DNA from: Chthonomonadales bacterium
GTDB taxonomy: Bacteria; Armatimonadota; Chthonomonadetes; Chthonomonadales; Chthonomonadaceae
Length of the DNA stretch: 12,729 nucleotides
Assembly (NCBI GenBank): GCA_038217285.1
Contig: JBBQPO010000181.1
Location: 1-12,729, forward strand
Direction: 5' to 3'
Every line of letters begins with the position of its first letter. Within the stretch, counting starts at the first letter, position 1. A model generated the notes under the pieces. The model had not been told where the DNA came from. It worked only from the letters and a program-made list of their open reading frames with translations, and searched no databases. Below are positions 1 through 7,291 of this stretch, in pieces. Both the position numbers and the translations under genes were made by a program.

Positions 1-1
1 C

Positions 2-625
2 ACCCTGCCGGTCTGGGCGCTGTTTACGTTTCTTGCCCGAGGCTACTATCCCGCCATGACGGGCTATCAGTTGGAGAGTATGGAGCTAGGGCGGCGGGCC
101 GGGATCAATCCGCGCCGTATGGTCTGGGCGATCTTTCTAGCGGTCGCGTTGGGACTGCTGGTGGGCTGGGTCAATCATCTCGTCCCGTACTATCATTACG
201 GGGCGCAGAACCTGCGGGGAGGGATGTGGGGAACGTGGATCGCGCAGCCGGAGTACACACATGTCGCGACCTACGCGAAAGCGGGAAGGCCGCCGGAGAT
301 ACCGCGTATCTGGGCGACCCTCGTGGGAGCAGGCGTCGTGCTGACGCTCTGGACGCTGCGCCTGCGCTTCACCGGATTTCTGCTGCATCCGATGGGTTAT
401 GTCATGGCGTGCAGCTACGGGAGCCTGATCTGGTCGTCTTTTCTGATGGTCTGGATCCTCAAATCGCTGGCCCTGCGCTACGGCGGCATGCGCTTCTACA
501 AAACGACCGTGCCGTTCTTCCTCGGCCTGGCGCTGGGCCACTTCGCCATCGCCGGTATTTTGTGGGGCCTGACGGGTGCTTGGACCGGCGACTCGGTGCA
601 CGGCTACGAAGTTTTCTTCGGCTGA
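2..625 (+). CDS. 5'-truncated polytopic membrane protein, DUF6785/DUF6784-like (C-terminal part)
   Basis: The frame is open from position 2 (TLPVWALFTFLARGYYPAMTGYQLE...), so ATG 56 is internal. It has several hydrophobic helices and the motifs YQLE, LHPMGY, W..K...LRYGG...Y and PFFLGLALG, which I recall from this uncharacterised family. The family call is from memory, not a search. Confidence 0.75.
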   Translation, partial: TLPVWALFTFLARGYYPAMTGYQLESMELGRRAGINPRRMVWAIFLAVALGLLVGWVNHLVPYYHYGAQNLRGGMWGTWIAQPEYTHVATYAKAGRPPEIPRIWATLVGAGVVLTLWTLRLRFTGFLLHPMGYVMACSYGSLIWSSFLMVWILKSLALRYGGMRFYKTTVPFFLGLALGHFAIAGILWGLTGAWTGDSVHGYEVFFG

Positions 626-684
626 AGTCCAAGGAAGACCCGGCCTCCTGCCTGAACATGCAGAGGTCGTTATGGGAATGGGCA

Positions 685-719
685 CCCCTTCCCGCGTCGG
701 GAAGGGGCCGGGGGTTAGG
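685..719. repeat. REP-like GC-rich palindrome, probable terminator between convergent genes
   Basis: Perfect 10-bp stem CCCCTTCCCG (685-694) / CGGGAAGGGG (698-707), followed by CCGGGGGTTAGG. It lies between the convergent stops at 625 and 730. Confidence 0.6.
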
Positions 720-729
720 TACCTTGCGA

Positions 730-1800
730 CTACTTGTCGGTGGATTTCGCCATGATGGCGTCGGTGAAGGTGGGCCAGCGTACATTGATTTGCGAGGCGC
801 TCTGGAACGCATTCAACGCATCCTGGGTCTTCTTGCCGTTCTCCACCTGACCTTTGTACATCAGCATGCCCTTATAAGCGGCGTCGTGCGCCCTGTCGAA
901 GGGAATGGTGACCGAGGTCTGCTTGTCGAGGCAGCGGATGATCCAGTAGGCGTTGGAGATCTTGACAGGGCCGACCTGCTGCTGCGCCTTGAGACCGAAA
1001 ATGATTTTTGCCAACTCGGGAGATTTCTCCAGGCCGGGCTGCCCTTTCTTGATCGCCGGCAACCGCCCGCCGTTCGCCTTGCTGTTGTCCTCACTGTAAG
1101 TGGCGGCAACGGTTTCAAAGGGCTGGCCCTCTTTGAGAGCAGACAGGGCTTTGGCGATCATATCCTGCTTGCGTGAAACGATAACAGCGATGAGAACGGC
1201 CTCCGGTCGAAAGTACTGCGCGTTCGGATTTTTCGGATCGACGTTCGCCTCGTAGTACTTTTGCGCTTCCATGTCGCTGACCGTAATTCCGCGGGTGAGC
1301 AGGGCGGTTCGGGCCATGTTGAGGCGGAGGGTGCGCTTGACATCCTCAGAGTTCTGATGGGTACGAAAAAGTTCACTCTGAAATTTTGGGTCTTTGCTGA
1401 GCTCTTTGTATTTGGACTCGACATCCGCTTCCGGAGGCGTCTGCCCCTCTTTTTTGGCGTACTGTAAGAGCAGTGTCTCCTGAGCGATGGTATGCGCGGC
1501 GGCGTTACCGCTTGCCACATCCATACGATGCTGAATATACTGGATGTCTATGGGCTCGCCGTTGATGGTAGCGACCACATCGTTTAGCTTGGCGTGACCC
1601 CGCATCCAGACCGCCCCGGCGAAGGCGCCAATGCCACCGGCGATCAGCAGGGCGATGGTCAGCAGGAGGGGTTTGAGCCAGCGCGGAAACTCGCGCTCCG
1701 GCTCCTCGTCTTCCTCTGCTTCGTCCTCTTCGACCTCGTCCTCTTCTTCCAGGAGATCGTCGTCCTCTTCGCCTCGTTTTTTTGTGCGTCTCAATGCCAT
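730..1800 (-). CDS. PrsA/SurA-like membrane-anchored foldase with a parvulin (PpiC-type) domain
   Basis: N-terminal TM helix (LLLTIALLIAGGIGAFAGAVW), SurA-N-like VVATINGEPI, and parvulin signature FETVAATYSED.SKANGGRL...VGPVK. ATG 1800 is preferred over 1818 because of the RBS-like GAGGA upstream. Confidence 0.85.
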   Translation of the reverse strand: MALRRTKKRGEEDDDLLEEEDEVEEDEAEEDEEPEREFPRWLKPLLLTIALLIAGGIGAFAGAVWMRGHAKLNDVVATINGEPIDIQYIQHRMDVASGNAAAHTIAQETLLLQYAKKEGQTPPEADVESKYKELSKDPKFQSELFRTHQNSEDVKRTLRLNMARTALLTRGITVSDMEAQKYYEANVDPKNPNAQYFRPEAVLIAVIVSRKQDMIAKALSALKEGQPFETVAATYSEDNSKANGGRLPAIKKGQPGLEKSPELAKIIFGLKAQQQVGPVKISNAYWIIRCLDKQTSVTIPFDRAHDAAYKGMLMYKGQVENGKKTQDALNAFQSASQINVRWPTFTDAIMAKSTDK

Positions 1801-1836
1801 GTGCGTTTTCCTCGTCACCAGATGAATATGACTGTC

Positions 1837-1846
1837 ATTCTACCCG
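1837..1846 (-). promoter_or_regulatory. Candidate -10 box (cgggTAGAAT) for the foldase gene
   Basis: TAGAAT on the minus strand at 1842-1837, about 37 nt upstream of ATG 1800. No convincing -35 at 17 nt spacing. Confidence 0.4.
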
Positions 1847-1893
1847 ACCGACCGGCAATTCCGGCTAGCTATCGGCTTAAACTGTTCCGTTCT

Positions 1894-2175
1894 TCACTTT
1901 TTCATCAAAAACAGCACGACCGCGAGCACAATCAACAGCACCACGATCCCAATCGCGAGGGGTGCCACGGGGAAACGACGCTGTGGCGAGGACGCGGCAG
2001 GACGGGGCGTTCGTGTCTGAGGCTCGACTTGTTTCTGGCTCGGCGTGGGGGCCGTTGGCGTCGGCTCGGCAAGCGCCGGAGCCGCCCCCAGCACGACCTC
2101 GCACTGCCAGCAGCGATCTTTTTCCGTCACATCCTGATTGTTCGCGCCGCAGTGCGGACATTTGATTTTCGGCAT
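1894..2175 (-). CDS. Small zinc-ribbon protein with Pro-rich linker and C-terminal TM anchor
   Basis: CPHC-x11-CWQC at the N-terminus, a Pro/Thr/Ala-rich linker, and a hydrophobic C-terminal helix ending in MKK. RBS gaggaagaccATG. Confidence 0.8.
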   Translation of the reverse strand: MPKIKCPHCGANNQDVTEKDRCWQCEVVLGAAPALAEPTPTAPTPSQKQVEPQTRTPRPAASSPQRRFPVAPLAIGIVVLLIVLAVVLFLMKK

Positions 2176-2268
2176 GGTCTTCCTCGAAAAGGCTTATTGC
2201 GGCTCGGTCTACATCCGGGCACTCCTCCCCGGCGTCAGATCCGAGAAGCCGCGCCGACGGTCGGAGCG

Positions 2269-3429
2269 TCAGCGCCGTTCCAGAGGGATCCAGGGAAGGT
2301 TGCTGGGGCCGACGTATTCGAGGCGCGGACGAATGATCTTCTGCCCTGGTTTGTACTGCTCGAACATATGGGCGCACCAGCCGGAGGTGCGACTGATGGC
2401 GAACATCGGCGTATAGAGCCGCATCGGCAGGTCCATCTCGTAGTAACAGGAGGCGGAGAAGCAGTCTACGTTGGCATAGATACCCTGTTTGCCTGCCGCA
2501 AGCCGCTCCGGCGTATTGCTCAGCTCGTCTACGATCGCTTCGATCGCGGTCGTCATCTGGAACCATTTCGTGTCGTGGTGCAACTCCCCGAGCTGTCGGC
2601 TCATCTCGCGCAGGTGGGTGGCGCGGGGATCCGGAGCACGATAGACCGCGTGTCCGAAGCCGGGAACCGGGGTGCGCTTTTCACCGGTCAGCATCGGGCG
2701 CACGAACGAGTCTACCCGATCCGGTGAGCCGATTTTGAGCAGCATCTCCATCGTCTCCTCGGCCGCGCCGCCATGGCGTGGGCCGGAGAGAGTGCCGATA
2801 CCGGAGACAAGTCCGGAATAGAGATCGGCCCCGGTGGCGACCGTGACCCGCGTGGAGAAAGTGGAGGCATTCGCCTCATGGTCGGCGTGCAGAATGAAAT
2901 CGATATCCAGCGTACGGACATAGAGCGGATCGGCCTCTTCACCGCTGAGCATATAGAGGAAGTTCGCGGCCAGCCCCAGGTCGGGGCGCGGGGCGATCGG
3001 CGCTTTGCCCTGACTTAAACGCTCGATGGCGGCGACCAGCGTTCCGATAGCGGCCTGCGCCCGCAGCGCCTTGCGCTTATTGGCCGCTTCCGAATGGTCG
3101 CGATTCTCCGGGTCGAACATTCCCAGCGCGGAGACCGCGGTACGGAGCGCATCCATCGAGTTCGCCTGTGTTGGAAAACCATGCAGCAGGTTCAGGATGC
3201 CTGCCGACAAGGTATAGTGAGCGGCCAGCTCGGCCCGGAAGGCAGTCAAGGCCGTGGCTGTCGGCAGCGCACCATTCCACAATAAATAGACCACCTCCTC
3301 GAAAGTGGCGTGGTCGGCAAGGTCGTGAATGTTGTAGCCCCGATAGGTCAGGTGGCCTTCGGCCTGGACATCGCAAATTTCGGACTCGCCGATGACGACG
3401 CCTCGCAACCCCCCGGCTTGCGTGGTCAT
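2269..3429 (-). CDS. citZ: Citrate synthase / 2-methylcitrate synthase family (short type, 386 aa)
   Basis: Motifs GLRGV, LTYRGY, LHADHEANASTF, GPRHGGA (catalytic His), PGFGHAVY..PDPR, NVD (catalytic Asp), FAISRTSGW and IIRP. GGAG lies upstream of the ATG. CitZ versus PrpC cannot be decided from motifs alone. Confidence 0.95.
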   Translation of the reverse strand: MTTQAGGLRGVVIGESEICDVQAEGHLTYRGYNIHDLADHATFEEVVYLLWNGALPTATALTAFRAELAAHYTLSAGILNLLHGFPTQANSMDALRTAVSALGMFDPENRDHSEAANKRKALRAQAAIGTLVAAIERLSQGKAPIAPRPDLGLAANFLYMLSGEEADPLYVRTLDIDFILHADHEANASTFSTRVTVATGADLYSGLVSGIGTLSGPRHGGAAEETMEMLLKIGSPDRVDSFVRPMLTGEKRTPVPGFGHAVYRAPDPRATHLREMSRQLGELHHDTKWFQMTTAIEAIVDELSNTPERLAAGKQGIYANVDCFSASCYYEMDLPMRLYTPMFAISRTSGWCAHMFEQYKPGQKIIRPRLEYVGPSNLPWIPLERR

Positions 3430-3486
3430 ATTGCTCTACTCCAATTCTGATAAAGTTAGGTTGTGCGACTGCAAAACAGCCTTTAC

Positions 3487-3515
3487 ATTCTAGCACGTTT
3501 GCCCCCGGTTTGCAA
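3487..3515 (-). promoter_or_regulatory. sigma70-type promoter for citrate synthase
   Basis: Minus strand TTGCAA (3515-3510), 17-nt spacer, TAGAAT (3492-3487), with an extended -10 TGn. Confidence 0.75.
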
Positions 3516-3521
3516 TGGCGT

Positions 3522-3550
3522 TTGCAAGCGGTCCACCCCTCGGGTATAAT
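3522..3550 (+). promoter_or_regulatory. sigma70-type promoter for the 3620 and 4200 genes
   Basis: TTGCAA (3522-3527), 17-nt spacer, TATAAT (3545-3550). Confidence 0.8.
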
Positions 3551-3619
3551 GCTCCTATACGGGCAGTTTGCGGCGACACGACATCGCGGGACGGGTGACG
3601 TGTGCAGGAAGGAAGGCGG

Positions 3620-4132
3620 ATGCGAAGAGCGGTCATCGTGCTCGGAGCCGTGCTCCTGGGATGGGGGCTTGCGGTTCCGGCCAATGCGCTGACCCAGCGC
3701 CGCATCAATACGCTGGCGGCCTGCCTGCTTCAGACCCATCTCGCCCTCGTCGAGGAGTCGGGAATACGTCGTCCGGAGGAGCCGCTGCCAGCCTATTTCG
3801 AACGGCTGCTCGCGCGGCAGCCCGGCGAAAAACCGGCGGTGCGGCGGGCCAGAATCACCGGTTATCTGGCGTCGCTGGGCCAGGCTACCGACCGAACCTC
3901 CAGCCTCCGCCGGATGCCCTCCCTCCACACGACCTCGGCGGCGAATCGCGCCCTCTGGCAGCAGATCGGCCTGAATCTAAATGATGTGTCAGCCTATCTG
4001 GTGAAAGCGCGCGCGGAGTGGGCGCGTGAAGAAGCGAGGGGCGGTGTGCCTGCCGAAACCGCCAAAGCCGTGGCGCAGGCGGTCTGGCACATTCAGAACG
4101 CCTATGCGGCTTTGCGGGATGCCCTTCCCTGA
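3620..4132 (+). CDS. Hypothetical exported protein (170 aa, likely all-helical)
   Basis: ATG 3620 follows AGGAAGGAAGG. Signal peptide MRRAVIVLGAVLLGWGLAVPANA with an A-x-A cleavage site. It lies downstream of a consensus promoter. No family recognised. Confidence 0.75.
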   Translation: MRRAVIVLGAVLLGWGLAVPANALTQRRINTLAACLLQTHLALVEESGIRRPEEPLPAYFERLLARQPGEKPAVRRARITGYLASLGQATDRTSSLRRMPSLHTTSAANRALWQQIGLNLNDVSAYLVKARAEWAREEARGGVPAETAKAVAQAVWHIQNAYAALRDALP

Positions 4133-4199
4133 TGCGAACAGTGTGAACCCTTCACGGCGAATTCCCGACAAAATGAGTGGAAGAAGAGAGTGAAAGCAC

Positions 4200-6026
4200 G
4201 TGATTTCGGCAAAATGGCGGCAGCGAATAGGGGGGTGGAGCCTGCCGGCGGTCTGCGCTCTCCTGGGAACAGGGGCGTGTGCGACGGAGCCGGCGGTCGG
4301 GGCATTGACCGTGGCGGAGACCGCCCTGTCGAAGATGCAGGCCGACGACTGGCGCGAGGCGATGCACCAGACACGGTCGGCGATCCAGCGGACGCCGGAC
4401 GATCCTACCCTTAATGTCTTGAGTGCTGCGATTTTGCTTCATACAGGGGACGTGAACGCGGCCCTCTCGTTCTTGCAGACGGCGACCACCGCCGCGCCGG
4501 ACGATAGCCTGACGATGTATGCCCTGGGGCTGGCACGACTGGCGCGGGGGGAAACCGCCGCTGCTCTGGAGATTTTCGACCGTTCCGAGCGCAGCGGCGG
4601 CGACAGAGCCCGTCTGCTGGTAGCGCGGCGATACGCGCAGTGGATCAGCGGAGCGATGGTCTCGATAGGAGGGGCGGAGCTGCCCACCTCTCTGGTTCCG
4701 GCGCAGCGTGCGCTTCAGGCGATGACCGCGCTGCGCCAGGGAGACCGCAAACAGGCTCTCGAACAGATGCAGCAGGCGCTGGACGCCCTGCCCGGCGACC
4801 CCATCGTACAGAACGAAGGGCTGCTGATGAGTTTCGATGCGGCCCGCCCGCTGACCAGCGGAGCCGCGCCGCTGCCCGCCGGAAGTCGGCTGGCTCCTGT
4901 ACCGGAGGCGGGGCTGAACGGCAGTGTGGAGCTGTCGCCGAACGATCCACCTGCTGCCGCAGCTTATGTCTCTTACGGGGTGGATGGGCAGGCGCTCGGG
5001 CTGGTCAGTACGCGGCCCTTTAACTATAGCTGGGACACGCGCCGTGTTTCCAACGGCCTGCACGAGCTGATCGTGACCTTTTTCGACCGCGACGCCCGCG
5101 AAATGAGCCATACGACCCAGCGCATACGGGTCTTCAATGCGACCCGCGAGGCGACGGCAGACAGCGAGCAGCAGGGGCGGGTGCGGGCGGCGCTCTGGCA
5201 GGAGCTGACACTGCGTCCCGCGCGCTGCCAGTGTACCTATACACTGGCGACGCTCTCTCGGGCGAATGGGGACAACCGTGCGGCGCGCGACGGATTTGCC
5301 CGCGTGGCGGCTCTGAACCCGAATTTTCGCGATGTTCGCGCCCAACTGACGGCCTGCGGCGGCATGGGGCAGGCGAAATCCGCAGTGTTCGGCGGCCTGC
5401 CGACCGAGCGTGTCGTCGCGCTGACGTTCGACGATGGCCCGAAGCCCGGCATGACCGAGCCGCTGCTCGATATGCTGACGAACGCCCATGTGACGGCGAC
5501 CTTCTTTGTGATCGGGCGGCATGTGATGGAGTATCCGGCACTGACGAGACGTATCACGGATGCCGGGATGGAGATCGCCAATCACAGCTACACGCATCGG
5601 AACCTGACGACACTGACCTCGACGGAGGTGGCGCGGGAGATGCTGGAGACACAGGCGGCCTTGATGAGCGTCACCGGGAAGATGCCCCGCTTCATGCGTC
5701 CACCGGGGGGCAACTGGAACGCCAGCGTGGCTCAGGTCGTGCAGCAGTGGGGACTGACGCCCTGCATGTGGACCGTCGATGTCTACGGCTCCGAAGTGCT
5801 GGGAGCGCAGCAGGTCGCCAATGCCGTCCTGCGAGAAGTGCGACCTGGCTCCATCATTCTGATGCACAACGGCAAAGCCAGTACACTGCAGGCGCTGCCG
5901 ACTATTTTGCGGGAGCTGAAGGCCCGCGGCTATACTTTCGCTACCGTGGAGGCGCTGACTCGCCGCCGTTCTGCCGTACAGCAGGCTGGCGCAACGCCAG
6001 GGCAAACCCCTCACCGCGGCGAATAG
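4200..6026 (+). CDS. Exported CE4/NodB polysaccharide deacetylase with TPR and Ig-like domains
   Basis: C-terminal NodB motifs LTFDDGP, ATFFVIG, NHSYTH, MRPPGG and ILMH. N-terminal TPR-like helices. Ig-like segment VDGQ...PFNYSWDTRRVSNGLHEL. Hydrophobic N-terminus and GTG start. Confidence 0.9.
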   Translation: MISAKWRQRIGGWSLPAVCALLGTGACATEPAVGALTVAETALSKMQADDWREAMHQTRSAIQRTPDDPTLNVLSAAILLHTGDVNAALSFLQTATTAAPDDSLTMYALGLARLARGETAAALEIFDRSERSGGDRARLLVARRYAQWISGAMVSIGGAELPTSLVPAQRALQAMTALRQGDRKQALEQMQQALDALPGDPIVQNEGLLMSFDAARPLTSGAAPLPAGSRLAPVPEAGLNGSVELSPNDPPAAAAYVSYGVDGQALGLVSTRPFNYSWDTRRVSNGLHELIVTFFDRDAREMSHTTQRIRVFNATREATADSEQQGRVRAALWQELTLRPARCQCTYTLATLSRANGDNRAARDGFARVAALNPNFRDVRAQLTACGGMGQAKSAVFGGLPTERVVALTFDDGPKPGMTEPLLDMLTNAHVTATFFVIGRHVMEYPALTRRITDAGMEIANHSYTHRNLTTLTSTEVAREMLETQAALMSVTGKMPRFMRPPGGNWNASVAQVVQQWGLTPCMWTVDVYGSEVLGAQQVANAVLREVRPGSIILMHNGKASTLQALPTILRELKARGYTFATVEALTRRRSAVQQAGATPGQTPHRGE

Positions 6027-6092
6027 ACGCCACGATTTACGCGGATCGACACACGAAGGACGCGTTTTCCGAGAAATATCTCGCCCGGTGCA

Positions 6093-6121
6093 TAGACAGA
6101 TGCGCGCGTACCTGATATAAT
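6093..6121 (+). promoter_or_regulatory. Near-consensus sigma70 promoter for the Gly-rich gene pair
   Basis: TAGACA (6093-6098), 17-nt spacer, TATAAT (6116-6121), with an extended -10 TG at 6113-6114. Confidence 0.8.
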
Positions 6122-6173
6122 CTCTATCAACTCACAAGACATGAGACTCAACTCTCCAGAAGGGAGCCTGACA

Positions 6174-7229
6174 ATGCATATTCTTAAAGGTCACCTCAAA
6201 ACGTTAGCGGCTCTGGGCACACTGACGACGCTCGCTTTCAGCACGGTGCAGGCCGGTCAATTCGCAGAGCCCGAAAACCGACTGCTCGGTATCACGCTTC
6301 GTACCTCTACCTTTCGCGAGGTGCTGAAGAAATACGGACAGCCCGATGAGATTCAGGGGGGCGGACCGTTTATGCCTGTTCCGCCGAAAGGCGTCGCGGC
6401 GCCTGCGGCCGGTGGTAGGGGCGGCGGCGGTATGCCCGGTGGCGGCGGTCCTGGCTCGGGCGGCGGTATGCCCGGTGGCGGCGGTCCTGCCTCCGGCGGC
6501 GGCATGCCCGGTCGGGGCGGCGCGGGCGGCGGCGGCGCGAAACGTTATCCCAGCAAAAACGGTTTTCCCGGTAAGAACGACGGTGGACCTCCCGGCGGTG
6601 GCGCCCCGGGCGGCGGTATACCCGGCGGCGGCGGACCTGGCTCCGCCGGCGGCGCTCCCGGCGGGGGTGGCTATCCGGGGGCAGGCGGTTATCCCGGTGC
6701 AGGTGGCTCCAGTGCCGGCGGCTATCCCGGCGCTCCTGGCGGGGGCAGCAGCCCCTATGGCGGCCCCGGTGGGGGCTCGCCCGGCTCGGGTGGCAGTCCT
6801 GGTCGGGGCGGCAAGGGTCTGCCCGGATTCGGTGGACCTGGTGGCGACAACGCTGGACCGGGAGCACCGGGTGCTGGCGAAGGCGGCGGTGGGGGCGATC
6901 AGGCGGGCGCGGCGGATTCCCCAGCAACCGAAACCACCTGGTGGTACCACAACGAGCGTAAAGGCTACCACATGTCCTTCCTCTTCAATAAGGTAGGCAA
7001 GGTCGTCCAGATACAGGAGTACGGCGGGGCTTCCCTGCATAGCGGCGCAACGCGCCAGGGCATTATGCTCGGCTCCAATATGACGCAGGTGCTCTCTCGC
7101 TACGGCTGGAGCAATGACGGCGCTCATGACGGCGAGAACGTCATCATGCGCTACGGCGGCGCCAGCAAGGTGGCGTTCCAGATGGTAAGAAACAGAGTGC
7201 TGGGAATCACGGTCGCGATAGGACACTAA
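6174..7229 (+). CDS. Exported glycine-rich hypothetical protein A (duplicated BLIP/SmpA-like fold with a ~190-aa Gly/Pro insertion)
   Basis: ATG 6174 follows AAGGGAG (alternative start 6141). Signal peptide ends in VQA. The folded N- and C-terminal parts align by eye with the next gene. Confidence 0.85.
   Translation: MHILKGHLKTLAALGTLTTLAFSTVQAGQFAEPENRLLGITLRTSTFREVLKKYGQPDEIQGGGPFMPVPPKGVAAPAAGGRGGGGMPGGGGPGSGGGMPGGGGPASGGGMPGRGGAGGGGAKRYPSKNGFPGKNDGGPPGGGAPGGGIPGGGGPGSAGGAPGGGGYPGAGGYPGAGGSSAGGYPGAPGGGSSPYGGPGGGSPGSGGSPGRGGKGLPGFGGPGGDNAGPGAPGAGEGGGGGDQAGAADSPATETTWWYHNERKGYHMSFLFNKVGKVVQIQEYGGASLHSGATRQGIMLGSNMTQVLSRYGWSNDGAHDGENVIMRYGGASKVAFQMVRNRVLGITVAIGH
6423..6512 (+). repeat. Intragenic 36-nt tandem repeat, ~2.5 copies (GGGMPGGGGPGS)
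   Basis: ATG codons fall at 6432, 6468 and 6504 within near-identical units ggcggcggtatgcccggtggcggcggtcctg(g/c)ctc. Confidence 0.85.
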
Positions 7230-7291
7230 GAAGATCGTTCGGCAGCCTCGCGTTCTGTCAACTGCTGTCTCGATAACCTGAGGAGATTGTT

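Noticed and set aside
226-2727. Plus-strand ORFs 226-1176 and 1594-2727
   Set aside because: They overlap better-supported genes in other frames or on the opposite strand and have non-protein-like composition.
2269-3429. Citrate synthase variants NVDCFS and GPRHGGAAE as signs of a pseudo-enzyme
   Set aside because: The catalytic His, His and Asp and the substrate-binding arginines are all present. The changes affect variable neighbouring positions.
4200-4280. Lipoprotein signal in the deacetylase (LGTGAC)
   Set aside because: Thr at -3 is a poor lipobox match and A-C-A fits a signal peptidase I site equally well. Left as exported, type undetermined.
4152-6014. 620-aa minus-strand ORF
   Set aside because: Antisense shadow of the deacetylase gene. 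It is Arg/Gly/His-rich with no motifs, as expected from GC-rich codon bias.
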